A stretch of 62,497 nt of DNA, counting the filler, from Sphacelaria rigidula (lineage: Eukaryota), in the NCBI GenBank assembly GCA_964200075.2. It is 11 parts of 11 records of this genome, joined end to end, with 100 filler letters (N's around TTAATTAATTAA, not from the genome) between each part and the next. Parts side by side here need not be neighbours in the genome. Positions count along the whole stretch, not along the records: positions 1 to 5,591 come from CAXNAA020026042.1; positions 5,692 to 11,282 come from CAXNAA020026043.1; positions 11,383 to 16,973 come from CAXNAA020026044.1; 8 more parts are not named here. One strand, written 5' to 3'. The notes under the pieces were generated by a model. It searched no databases, was not told the DNA's origin, and saw only the letters and a list, made by a program, of their open reading frames with translations. This document shows, one piece after another, positions 1-13,074 of the stretch (position 1 is its first letter; each line of letters opens with the position of its first letter). The translations under genes and the position numbers were made by a program.

Positions 1-281
1 GCCTTAGTCATTTGACCATTGACCACGCATCCCTTTCGAGACGGAGCAGAGGCTGGGAGGGGGGGGGGGGTTATCGCCACCACTATTACTACTACTGTTG
101 TATTAACATCCAACAAAATCAAATTTGGCGCTAGGAGCGCTGTCAGTCCTATAAACTATCAAAGAACAAGCGTCAACTCTTCGAATATCGCGAGCCTCAA
201 CTCTGTAAAATCACAGGCCAACTCTTGAACATAACGTAACATGGCATCACATCACAAAACTGCGTGAGGATATATCGTATA

Positions 282-1336
282 CTATCTGACACCAATTTCC
301 ACATCATCGACAACGTCCACGTCACCGGTAGTGCACACACCACATGCAGACGTCAACAACGAGCTACTGTCATCGAGATCGTCATCGCCCACATCATCCC
401 CCTCAAAATCATCGCCATCGTCGTAGTACTCGCCGTCTCCGTAGAACCACTCCAGAGACCTCACGTACGGCATGGATACCTTGTACAACCTAGCCACGTG
501 CGTACCCAGCAAAGCCCAGCGAATGCTCTCGGGGGCGTGAATCGTCTTCGAGAGATGCCAAGCGACGAAAAAGAACAGCTGGCCAGCGGCAAAGAACACG
601 CACCTCCGGGTGGACACACTGGAGGCCGGTAACGGCCCCGACAGCCTGTTGTTGCCACTGCCCTTGTGGCTGTTGATTGTGATGGCGCTGGAAATAGCGG
701 TGGTGTTCACCATCGCGGTGGTCTTATTCGTGATCGTCCCGGAGGCGGTGCTGGCGAAGCGACGAGAAGCACACCGCACCACGGAACTCCTCGCGATGCG
801 CATGCCCAGCACGCCTAGCACCATCAACGCAACAGGCAACACGAAACCTATCATGGCCGTCGTGTGCAGGAAAACGTCGGACCAGAACATTTCGATGGGA
901 AGCAAAGCGCGCACGATGACAATCGCGATAACCGCGTTGCCCCAAGCGCCCCACGATATCGCCGAAATCACCAGCATATCGGCGAGCTCATTGGTATCGC
1001 TGGGACCCCCATTGTTCTGTTGAACGTGCTGATGGTGCTCTTCTTCTTTCTTCAAGAACGGGGCAAGCTCGTGTCCGAGCTTGCTGTACACCGCTCCCCT
1101 CAGCACTATGCCGTCCAAAATGTTGAACAACAGGGCAAGGCCCGGCGATCCCACCGCCACGGGAATCATGATGAAGATCAAACGCCCCGCTTCGGAGAAG
1201 TACACGGTTTCTCCGAAGGAGTGTGTGACCGCGTTAGAATTGGCGGACTGGATCGTGATGACGATACAGCAAGCGGCGAACATCAGCGAGAGCGAGCCTT
1301 CGATTATGCAAGCCGCCTTGCTAGACGAGCTTCGAC
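282..1336 (-). CDS. Large exon of an unidentified multi-pass membrane protein with an acidic C-terminal tail (5' partial)
   Basis: 333-aa ORF with several hydrophobic segments and a D/E-rich end. The frame stays open upstream to a pyrimidine/aacag acceptor near 1337. No family recognised. Confidence 0.55.
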
Positions 1337-4300
1337 CTGTTCCGTTTTGATTTCCCCAAGAGCAGGGGGGGGGGGGGGGGGTCCGTGTTTTCGCAAATCC
1401 ACATACACACCATTTTTTCGCACAAACTCCAGCGTGACTTCACCAACCCCTCCCTCACAAGACTGTGATTTGAAGCCTGGTGCGTTGCCGTGTCTGCATA
1501 CTTCACCCTCATCCTGTGGAGGACGGGAGTATTCAGGAGGGGTACCTCAGGGTGGCCGCCAGCAACCATGACAGTCTTCGCGAGGAGTATTGTGTTGGTC
1601 AGGCTCATCTGTCATTCCCATCGTCGTGCCCTCAGGTTAACGCATGCCCTCATGCCGATTGTTCTCTGTGTGTGGGTTATGTGCCCGGCAGACTTTGCAA
1701 CATGTCTACAGTACAGCTGTCTCAGTCACCCGTCGCTTCACTTGGTATTTGTTTCACCAGACAACCACCTACTCAGTCGTCGCAACTAATTTCGCACGTC
1801 ATGATAGCAGGACGCGCGATAGCTCGACATATCGCCCGTGACTTTATCCACAGCCCCAGCATTTAGAGAACGAAAAATGGTGCAAAGGCGCCCCCAAAAA
1901 TACCAATGAACCCCTTTGCGCCTCATCCTGTTCTATTAGTAGTACATCAATGCAGGGTTGAGTTTTTTTTCTTCATTTTCCGGTGGTGCTAATAAACCGA
2001 CTACTTGAGCGAGGGGGGAACGATCAAGGGCACAGCGGTAAAAACGGGCAATTGTTTCTCGTCAACATTTTACAGAAAAAGAATGCCGCCAGGATAACAA
2101 GCCACTACACAACAAATAAAGTAATTATAGAGTGACGGGTAAACGAGATGCGGATGTAAAGTAGTGTTTGATCGATCATCTGGTTCTGTTCAAGGTCAAC
2201 ATTACTTCATTATTCTTCCCACGTGTCTTCAATTTCTGGGCTGCGAGACATGGTCATAGACTGAAGAAAATTATGGTTGGTTCATGTGTTGAAAGTAAAT
2301 TCATGACCTCAGAGTAAAGAGATGCCCTGTTCTGCAGATATGTGGTGCGAGTTAACCGTGTGCCAGAAACGTTAAGCTGATGTCATCATTCCAAATACCA
2401 TCGGTTAGGCGTCCGCGTTTCGAGTTCCGTGGAGACCGCGCCGCATCCGAAATGGGAGGGGGGGAGGGGGCTACTCATGACCTTGCATGCTGTAGTCATA
2501 TTGCCATTAACCTCGCATCCCTACCAAGCCAGGACGGAGCACGCCAGATTTTCGCTGGACCAGGATCGCAATCGCCAAGCGCGAAGCGCCGTGATGTCTT
2601 TAGCGTGTGACATGAAGGGTGAGCTGCATCCTGTGAGCCTACGATGAGTTACTTCATTTTCTGGTATCGACACTGCCTCATGGGTCGTCTCACCATATAA
2701 CCACTACGTGGTACGATAACTCCCTTTGCGCGGAATTGACGTATTCCCACCCACCCCGCACAATATAATCTAGCTTGACCACCATTATGGTCGGGGTAGA
2801 ATAAGATCATTTCATCGAACCAGCTGTCCAACTCTTTTGCACCACTCCTACAGCTGATTGATTCGGCGGCTTGCAGAGATCTCCGCATTGCTTTTTTGTA
2901 CTTCTCAGCCAATGCGTGGAATTTTCCCGTAGGGGCAACTGGGGATATGGGTGGGTGGGGTGGGGAGCCTGTGGTGCCTACTCTGAAAGATATGAAAGGT
3001 GTAGAATATTGTTCACGACAATACAGTGAGATCGAGATATAGTATCGCCAGTCGCAACCTGTACTCGTACGATATGCATACCAGAGCCACGGGATGCCCC
3101 CGAAGAACCAGGATATTCCTTTTTTGATCTGGTTGTTACGGTACAGTGTCAGTCCGACCACAGTGCGGTTAATGCCGAGTACAGTCGGTAGTCCAACATG
3201 AAAAAAACTGAAATGCGCTAGTACAGTGAGGATTCCCAGCATAATGCTGGTCATGCCGAATCGGGTGACCCGCCCCCATTATGCTGGGACTTCCACTGCA
3301 CCTGGTTCGAGTGGAAAGGGTGAATATACTCGCCTACGGTCCAAAACAGAGTTGTGGATACGGCTCAGGTGTTATCACAGTGGAGTGAGTACATGCTTAC
3401 GCGTCAGAATATATATATATATATTATTTTTTCATTCTGGGGGTTGCGAACAGTATATACGCGACGACTTCAAGCAATGTACATGTCTACATAGGTTCAA
3501 GAATCAATTTCATCGCAGACTCGACGGGCCAATTTACGTTGCTTCGTTTCCACGGGCTGGCCTCCTCGAAAGGATAGCCGCACGCACAGCTACACAGGAA
3601 AGCTGTTGCGTCACTATTTGAGTGTTAGTTGGTGTTGTGAATGCAGGTGAAAGAGCACCCTATTGCGTGCAGGCGAATTCTCTCTTGTCCCTGTGTTCAG
3701 AACCAACAACCATGAAGATCGTCTTGACAGTAACATTGGAGGCACCTCGAACTCAAACCCAAGATTCCCGATATATTTGACTGTAAACCACCGCGAAAGA
3801 TACCGTGAACCTCGAGTTTGAGATATTTCCACTGTATAAGTATGATAGCGCAATCATTCTGTCAATACACCAGGGATATGCTAGATATATGATCAAAACG
3901 GTTGTTCCCAAGGTACGCTCTTTGGCCGCCAGCGTGGGCGACCTGGGTCCCAGTTACTCTTCGAGTGGACACTGCGCCTACTCCGCCGTGACTAGAATCC
4001 ACCCTGATGAGCAAAGGGGTAACCCTTCGATCGTCACCCTTGAGTCGAACGATCCACTTGCACGCAAAAGCTTCAACTGAAGATGATACCGATCCGATAG
4101 ATGATGACCCACCCCGGCACTCGATGGGTTCAACTCATTGACACCCAATGCGGGTTGCCTGGGTCTGATCAACGGAACCTACGCACTGCAGGCAACGACC
4201 CATCCCCTCAATATTGGGTACCCCTCTGACGCCATAGAAGATAGCGATAGTAGGTTCTGTACAAGAACAAGTATGTAGTGGGGGGTTCCACCAAAGTGCC

Positions 4301-5007
4301 GGGTCCCACAACTGTGGAGCAGTTCAGTGTACAATACACTACACTTGGAGGGTACCTGTCGTACATTGGGGCAAATGATCTAAACAGTTTTGGGTGCACC
4401 TGTACGGGAATTCACACGTACAGCAAGCGGGTTTATTGACCCACCACACTACTAGAAAATCATGATCCAGCGGTGACATAATCTACCGCCGCCGACCCCA
4501 GAGACCGGGGTCGCAAAAGCTTCTTGGTTTTGAGCTGCTCCCTCACAGGCTACCCCTGGGCGGTGAAGTTGTTGTTTATTCACATCTTTATTCACATGAC
4601 CTAACGGGAGAGACAGGGCGGAGAAGGCTTCTGTGATTCTTTTTCGGCTTCTTCTCTTTTGTCACAGTTCTTCAGCTTAATTTCAACACTTTGAGATTTG
4701 AAACTTATCATGGAGGATTGCAAAGGCATGCCGAAGAAAACAAAATGGGACCTTTTTTTTGCTAGAGAGAGAGGTACGGGCCGTCTCGTGAAAATATGGT
4801 CTTCACTATGATAAAGCGTCCTAAGCAAGTGAATATATGTATGTATGTATATATATATATATATATACCAACCTCTCCCTCTTTTTGGTCGCTCATGGCC
4901 TAGCGAGGTCCCACACAAAGATTCAAGTCACAAGTACCAAACCTGGGCCGGTAAACGGTCTGGAAAATATTTTGCTGAATTTCGCCCGGTCCCATTTCTA
5001 AATCGCC

Positions 5008-5271
5008 CCGTCTCACCTCAACTTTGCGAGTTAGACTTGGAAATTTTGGTACGGAGGAAGAATACAGTAGGGTATACTTGAACGCTGTCGTGCGGGACGC
5101 AAAGTTTTTTTTTCGTGAGTTAGCGATGTTTTGTGATATTTAGATACTGATCATTGCCCTTAACTCACGACAAAAAAAAACTTTGCGTCCCAAACGACAG
5201 CGTTTTAGCATGCCTTATTCTTCTTCCCTACCGAATTTCGAAGTCTACCTCGCAAAATTGAGGTGAGACGA
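5008..5271. mobile_element. Foldback/MITE-like long inverted repeat
   Basis: cgtctcacctcaactttgcgag...gggacgcaaagtttttttttcgtgagtta (about 5009-5122) is the imperfect reverse complement of taactcacgacaaaaaaaaactttgcgtccc...cgcaaaattgaggtgagacg (about 5161-5270). Confidence 0.75.
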
Positions 5272-5591
5272 GGTTTGCAAACCACATATTCGCGTCTTGG
5301 CCGGCCCAGCATGTATGGAGTTTCGTATGGAGAACCGCTAGTGCATAATACGATAAATTAAAACAGCTTTTCCCATCAAGAGAAAAAATCTCTTGTTTTT
5401 AGGGGAGTTTTGAGGAGAAATGAACATTGCTCTCAGGCCTGACCTCAAGTTTTAGAATTGTGATTCAAGACTTAGCATGGAGAACCACAGAGGTATGCTG
5501 AATTAGGAAAAAAATGGGCCTTCATTTTTTTCCTGGGGGGGGGGGGGGGGCGTACCCATTTGTTGTTTTCTTTGTTATTTGGCCTTTGCCC

Positions 5592-5691
5592 NNNNNNNNN
5601 NNNNNNNNNNNNNNNNNNNNNNNNNNNNNNNNNNNTTAATTAATTAANNNNNNNNNNNNNNNNNNNNNNNNNNNNNNNNNNNNNNNNNNNN
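5592..5691. other. Artificial 100-bp contig linker (N44-TTAATTAATTAA-N44). Repeated at 11283, 16974, 22665, 28356, 34047, 39738, 45428, 51118 and 56808.
   Basis: Identical N-flanked six-frame-stop cassette recurring every 5691/5690 bp. Confidence 0.98.
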
Positions 5692-5717
5692 GCCCCCCCC
5701 CCCTCCCCACCACAAAA

Positions 5718-5955
5718 AACGTTTTCGTGAGATTGAGAGTAGAGCGCGGATTCAGATCGGCTTTGATCATTCGCTTCAACTCAGCCGATATTTCATTCCG
5801 TGTGTGCTTTTCTTTGCCTCCATCACTGCCGTGTGCTTACAGCTGTACGTCGATACCCTACCCAGAGATATCAAGCGCCTCAGTGGCAAGCTACTGCTTG
5901 ACCGCTTTTCACTCTAATCATGTTCTCTACTCTCAATCTCACGAGAACATTGTTC
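5718..5955 (+). repeat. Dispersed repeat, second copy at about 29916-30210
   Basis: acgttttcgtgagattgag...tgatcattcgctt...cagtggcaagctac...tctctactctca...cacgagaacat is shared between two different contigs. Confidence 0.8.
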
Positions 5956-8900
5956 ACAGTGGTGTGCATCGACTGCACATAACATGAGGCGCACTGCAGC
6001 TCGCAGATTACAGTTTGCCAGCCTCTATGTGGACGGCGCCAGCAGCAGCCAAGTCACCGCCAGAGGTGTCTTGATTCACTCTGCATGCCGCAAACGTTTT
6101 CATTGTCGGGGATTATCTACTACACTCCCCCGACCCGAATGTGTACGACTGTCTTTGTATCAAGCGATAGGCCAAAATTAGCGAGAACACCCCCACACGC
6201 GATTGGATCTTCGCGGAAGGGCCATTGCTCGCACATGTGTACGCGACAACGGGATAGCGGTGCCAGGAATGTCGCCCTGTTTTTCGACGACGTGTTCTGT
6301 AGCCCACGGAGGCACGCCCTGTCCAAGAAGAGCGGCAGAAAGGAATCGATCTTTGCACTGGTCAGTGCGACAGACCAGACATGAATACATCAGTCAAGAT
6401 GCGGCAACCCGACCTTTTTTTGCACTGTTCAACTAACCGCTTGACGTTCTTGTGCCGACAGAAGGGCTGGCAAAACGGGTATGTGCGGTGGTAACCTGGA
6501 ACCAATTTCTACAGCGATTTGGAATCACCGAACGAAGACACACCAGGAACATGGGCCAGGAGTTCCCTCTCTGCCATTGCTTCTCCGGTGGCATCGTCAA
6601 CACACATGTACACCGCATTGTTTGGGTCGACCTAGCTACACCTGCTTAGCTTTAAAAAAAAAACAGCCGCAATATCGTTTGTTGTTTTGGTTGTCTATAC
6701 AAAAATGTGGAAATCCCACATGCAGCATGTCCAACCTCACCGCGATGTTGAACCCCATTTTCGAGGATACATTCCTTTGTATCGACACTTAGTCTTTGTG
6801 TCTGCTGTACAGTTTGACTCAAGCTCGCTTTCGAAAGGACGACGTGAAGCAAGAGTGGAGAGCAAGAACATGTTCACATAACTGTCGCAGTTCGTGCAAT
6901 GCTCCCGCGATTTTCCTCAGCAAACGGATTTCACCCTTCATCTATTTTCCAAGATGAGACGATTATTTCAAGCACTGTGGTGGCAGAGAAACCAGGAATT
7001 ACACTAGTCGAGAAGACGTTTGGTTGATCTGAGATGTGAACAGTTTGAAGGATCCACCTTTCAGTCCTCACGCAGGAACTCAGAACTGCTCAAGCCACGG
7101 TGCCGTTGATCCGGGGTAACGCATCGCATTATTCACCACCCAAACAGTAGAAGAGTGAATTCTCCTCTCACATCTCGGCGAGTTTATCTTGATCGTGAAT
7201 AGTCACTGAAGCGGATCCAACATCCTCCCTAATCGAACGATACGGACAGACGAAGCATGGACGTGCTGTTAGACAAAGTTGTGCTGTGGAGGGTGCGTTG
7301 TACTGCTACCGCTGTGAGTGTGGGTGATCCTGCCCTTGTGTCTGTATTTCATGGGAACAGCCATCAAATCGTAATCATTTGCCGTTACACCGTTGGATGA
7401 CCACGAATTACGTACCAGCTGCTGCTGCTTGCTCGTGTTTTTTAAAGAGCATCCGCCATCCTAGAGAAGATCATTTTCATCGTCCTGTACACTTTTCACG
7501 GATGCGATGCGGTTGAGTCTGCTTTGGTCCGTCAAATCCTCAGTGTTGTGTGTGACTGCGAACGCGTACGGATCGTTTTGGGGTCGTTGTGGTTAGACCT
7601 CGATCTGGGTGCAAATACAGTTGCGTACACCAATTCAATCTCTCGTGAAAGGCCGGCCCATTCCCTCTTAATTGAGGGCACATTAGGAGCGATTTTTCAG
7701 GACGGGGGGTATGTAGACGAACGTAAACTGTGGCACATGATCACGTTTGCGGGAGGGGGGGAGGGGGACGAGCGTGAAACCAAGCGGTACGACGACAGTC
7801 GGCGTATGGCGAATGGAATGACAGTATTTTTATCGCGAGAGAGGCTTCACGCATTCACCGCGTAAGGATTTGAGGACAGATGACAAGAGTGCCGTTTGGT
7901 CTTCGATAATTTTGTTTGCAACCAATCGCGCGCGAAGGGGGGGACTACGCCCGCACCACCTGCATCACGGTAGTACTACCGAAAGCCCGCCATGACCACC
8001 CTACAACACCACGAACTACCAGCACCGCTAACGCAAATCACCACATCAATAAAAAACTAGTATACAGTAACAGAAGCAAAGCAATCGGCAACGCGTTCAC
8101 CGCTCGCTGCCGGGAGCGAATTGAAAATCACGAACATGATGAGAAAGGGAGGGGGGAGATGTCAGCCGTGTACTAATATAACACGATAATTGCCAACGAT
8201 ATCAAGCCGCCAGAAGATGGGGGGAAATCAAGCTTACTCACGAAGCGCGCCAAAAAAAAAAACACGACAAAAACAAAGGCCATGGAAGTAGCAAGCTGGA
8301 AGGAGGTGATGAGTAATATACACACGATCGCTGCCATGTACAAGAAAGCCAAGTCAGGCATACACATACAGCATCTCGAGAAACCACAAAACAAATGTTT
8401 CCTTGCTGGTGATGCCCTCTAACCCGGCCGCGTTCGTGTCGCGATGAACACAGCAACAATCGTCAAGGATATGATCATCAACACCCAATTCGGGACCAAC
8501 AAATGCTTCCAATCTGTGGACACGGAGCAACGCATAGATCTCCATCCATCATGCCATGATCATTCTCATCAGACGGTCCACTTCTTTCCCGTCGTAAGCA
8601 AGGGCAGCTGCGCAAGGGTAGTAGCGCGTGTCCATTCCTAGCACGGAACAGGAGCTAGTCTGTTTGAGGTTTTGTACAGGCGAGTGATGCACTCGCCTCT
8701 GCTTTACGTCCCGCACGACAGAAAAAGTTGGAAAATGTCACCCCAACTGCAAAAAAGTGAAGTGGCACACGGCTTACACCATACACACTTCGCTCATCTC
8801 TGCGGGAGCGGGGGGATGGGGAGTGGGACACAACACACACACAAACTATTTTATGCCTCGCGTCGTAGGTGTACTTCGCATCGCTACAGTAGTCCTTCGC

Positions 8901-11382
8901 CAACACACAAGCGGCTACATTTTTGGCGACACCAATCCTTCATCTCACACACCAGCGTAACATCGTAGTTTCCCCCGCTCCTCTTCACCGTTTCCGTCGG
9001 CGGTACCACTGGGAAAGTAAAAACAAGGGCGAAAAAAAGACACTACGGTACCTCTCGCTCAACATAGGGGAGGCCCACGCTAGCCACTCGTACCGAAGCA
9101 CCCAAAAAATCGTCTCCTTTAGCCCCTGAATCGGTGTGAAGTGGTTTTGAGTAGGCGTTGGAAGCGTTGGCCTGCTTCCTTCACCGGAATTCAATATTGA
9201 CGCGTAACGCACACGATAAATCACCAAAGCGCACTCGCATGTAACAGCGAATATATGCGACAACAATGCCGACCGAAACCACACCTGCACAACCCGTAGC
9301 ACAAGCGCGATTACATACCCGAACCTTCGAGGACGCTACCGCCGTTGCCCGAACAAACCCAAGACAACAAAAATACCATCCTCGTTGTTGACATCACCTA
9401 GAAGCGGGGCGGTACCTCCAGACCTATACCTTCGCTCCTCTATCTAGGCGTGTCCTATATGGCCACCAGTGCACTGACACACACCACCCAGATAATCCTT
9501 CGCAAAATAAAATGGGACAGATGAGTGCTTCAGCGACCAGCCCCAATACTGTTGCGCGCGGACGATCGTGCTTGGTAACTTGTACGGGTGCGGCTCGGCC
9601 TACAAAATACCAATAAAACAAAAACAAAAAACAAGACCTGGAGGAATCGTAAAACCCGCCCCGCCCCATATGTTCCTTATTCGCCTATACGCCCTACCTG
9701 CCACATCAGGGTATACCACGACTGTGCACCCTATTCCCCCTCCCCCCCAAAGCACAAATTCTCACTTCCACCAACGACGATCACAAATCCCCTCCGCCAA
9801 ACATCTTCAGGCGAGCGTCTCCTTCCAGCGCAACTGGTGGAGGAAGGCTATGCATCCGCACAAGAGTGACACCTGCATTTCATTCCATCCCCATCAAATC
9901 ATGCTTATTTTGTGAGTGATTCGTGTGGGTCAAGCGTGCAAGTTGTGTGCGAGTAACCTTTTGCACCGGGCGAGCCGATACTGCCTTGTGCAAAATACCT
10001 TTGCACGTAAGGTTAACACATCAATTTCGCACATATATCACGGTACTAGCCCGCCTCCCCCACTCCATCAAGGAAGACTCTACATGCAACGACCGGGAAG
10101 AGGGTGCCGCGGGTTCTGTTCCTCACAGACTGTCGTTTTTCTTCATGACTTGGACATCTGGGCGAGGCGCTTCTTGATGAGCTTGTACTTTTGATATTCG
10201 CCCTCCACAGGGGCGATATCTTCCGGGCAGTTTACCTGCAGCATTTTTAGGGGAAAATCGGTCACGAAGACACGTTATGAAAACAAATTCAAGATCAACA
10301 TGAAACACAACATGCGGCACCACACAAGACACCAGCGAAGTACACGGAACCAACCCCACGACTCCGTCAGCGTCCGCGTCGCTAGTGAGACGTCAGTTAC
10401 GCGGAACTTTGGGGAAGAGCGGGCGGGGGGTTGAGCTGGTAGCTAGTTGACCCCATAGGGTGGAATTCATTCGACTTCATGATACTTCTGTAAGCGCCCA
10501 TCTAACTGGCACCGTATTCATTCTTATGCATTTGATGTTGCACCAGGCATTCAGATTTTGGGACGCGGAACGGTCAACATCCAACACCCGGAACAACAGT
10601 ACCGGCGCGCAACATGGCTCATCATCCATGTACCGACATGTTCGACAAAAGTCTGTTTTAAGGTTAAACTACATCAAACTTGCGCGCGATAAGACCCCTG
10701 CCCTGAAACACCGACACGAACGGAATACACCTGCACACATGAAGCAGCAGATTATACATGCGAATTTACGTACACGTTCACGCTACACTGTCACCGAACC
10801 CACGGTTAGTAACAGTTCGCAAGTGGGTCAAACCCCAACAACAACAAATAAACGTGATCGACGATGACTGGCAAAGCCTGCCAGAAAACTCGAAACAATG
10901 GCCGTGTCTCATCAGTTGTTTTCGACTTGAAAACTTGCTTTGGAATCGAATTCGCTCGTACCTGATGCCTCCACGGCCTTCATGTTCTCACCCATCTGAA
11001 AAAATGAAGGATGTGAACGGATCACATACAAGCGAATTCGATTCCACCGCACGTTTCCGACACGAAAACAATTCGGTATGACGGCCCAACACACACGCAA
11101 CATGACACCAAAAACCACAAGTCACCATACCCCTGGCGCCCACCCGCCCCCTCCCCGGCGCCCTCGCCATCTAACAGCTCAGGCATGCAAGTCAACGATG
11201 ACGCCCCCCACCCCCTCCGACGGTGCTCCGTCTCGAAAGGGATGCGTGGTCAATGGTCAAATGACTAAGGCAAGCAACAAATNNNNNNNNNNNNNNNNNN
11301 NNNNNNNNNNNNNNNNNNNNNNNNNNTTAATTAATTAANNNNNNNNNNNNNNNNNNNNNNNNNNNNNNNNNNNNNNNNNNNN

Positions 11383-11451
11383 GGAATCGAACCCCCCTAC
11401 TCAACCATCAGAAGGTTACGAGGTTATCAACTGAGCCACCGGGGCAACCGG
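11383..11451 (-). mobile_element. 5' head of the tRNA-derived SINE, truncated by the contig end
   Basis: caaccatcagaaggttacgaggttatcaactgagccaccggggc matches 60160-60208. Confidence 0.75.
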
Positions 11452-11539
11452 CATATATATGGTGCCCAAAATCGGGCCCCATTCACCCCCATAGCAGTAT
11501 TGCAACGCACACACGCGGTCATTTCGCTACCTCCGAACT

Positions 11540-11820
11540 TCCTCCAGGTGGGTATACTTTTCGAGCCTCTGGAGGAATTAAACGCCTCTGGAGGGGTTGC
11601 GGCCCTCCAAAGGAAATTTTTTGGTTCCCTCCTGAGGGGTTGAACGCCCCCGCCCCCGGAGGCTTATTCTTGCCTACGGAGGGCCGCGTATACCCCCAAA
11701 TTCCTCTGGAGGGGTGCGCGGCCCTCCGGGTCGATATATTTTGGTCTCCTTTAGAGGGATGGAAGGCCTCTGGGGGCTTTTTTTCCCCCTGGAGGGCCGC
11801 GCATCCCTCCGGAGGCATTT
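11540..11820. repeat. Cluster of imperfect direct and inverted CCTCTGGAGGG/GGCCCTCC motifs
   Basis: Two roughly 120-bp units, each with cctctggagggg..gcggccctcc and ggagggccgcg..ccc. Confidence 0.55.
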
Positions 11821-12527
11821 TGGGGTGTAGTCAAATGGCCGCGTGTGCAGTTCAGGTCTGTGCATGTAGCGTGTTGCCAACATCGGTCATAATGCGGTTA
11901 CGGACTACCCACGCATCCAAGCCTTGCAAAGACAGGACCGTACTGACCGTACACACATCGCTATACCTAGTGCTAATACTACTGTATTACTACAGCCAAT
12001 GCATACAATACGCACCCTCTGTACTGTTATCCGTGCTGTCCGTAAATTCAAGTACTACGGTGCAGCGAAAAAGCACAACCGTCAGTCCTACAGTCAGTGA
12101 GTACAGCAAGGCGATGTTCTCATCAATCGTCTTGCAGCCAACCATGAAATGCTGTCAAAATATTTCAGTAGAACACGCAGAGAGTACTGACCGTACACGA
12201 CGACACAACAAAGTAGAGTGCCGTGTCTTTGTCTCGCGCCCCAGAATTTGACATTATGCCCACACGCCTTGAAGAAAACGATGAACACTGCTTTTCCTAT
12301 CTTGATAGCGTCGATCATATGTAAAAGGCAGCTTCAGCAAATTCTGTCGAGAAATGTGTTGTTGAAGAAACAAAATTGTCTTTTTGATGGTGGATTTTGC
12401 GATACATGAGGAGTGGCCTTATAGGGAGGGGCACGCCCTAGACCGCTTTCTACGGCAAGCAAAAATCAAACCCAGTACTAACACTCTTTGGTGCCTCTTC
12501 GTCGTTTCACGACCTAAAAGAGAGCTA

Positions 12528-13074
12528 CAGTAGTGGGCGGTCTAACTATTCAGCGGGGTTTCGGAGTTTTCTTCGCGTTCTACTCTTCGATAGAACTCGA
12601 AACTGCTAGCGTCGGTAGATTTTGGTACCATGAACAGATGATCCTCAACACAGTGCCCAAGTCAGTGCTAGTTGGTGTTCTCGGCCGAAACGAGTAAATA
12701 CCCGGTTCATCAGGAGGGTGTTATTGACCGTGAAACACAGTTTTTCGGCTCTATTGCAATAAGTAGACAGAACTTCAAAAAAATAAAACTGTACATGTTT
12801 TTAGAAATATAAGCAGGACAGGCTCGATCAACCGGAAATACAGAAGAGTAAGAATCTGGGCTGAAACGTCGCAGGACCCGCGATGGTCGGTCAGCCCGTT
12901 AGTCACTCAATATTGAGTACAAATGATTTCTGTTCTTGGAATGTGGAGCGGATACAAATATCTTCGGATCTTCAATGGGATAAGCGGTGGCAAGCGAAAA
13001 GAGCCCGAGAAAATCGCCAATCACGAAGAAATAACAAAATGCCTCAAAATGAATAGTTAGACCGCCCACTACTG
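12528..13074. mobile_element. Tc1/mariner-type non-autonomous element (MITE), 547 bp
   Basis: Perfect 25-bp TIR CAGTAGTGGGCGGTCTAACTATTCA at 12528-12552 and 13050-13074, with TA on both flanks. Confidence 0.9.

Noticed and set aside
2649..3254. 201-aa minus-strand ORF, briefly considered a DIRS tyrosine recombinase fragment
   Set aside because: No catalytic R-H-R-Y or RT motifs could be found nearby, so it is unsupported.
5592..5691. Regularly spaced TTAATTAATTAA motif as a biological periodic signal
   Set aside because: Synthetic linker embedded in N runs.
6490..6640. Kinase-like peptide VYMCVDDATGEAMAERELL on the minus strand
   Set aside because: Lacks the glycine loop and catalytic Lys, is bounded by stops, and no other kinase exons were seen.
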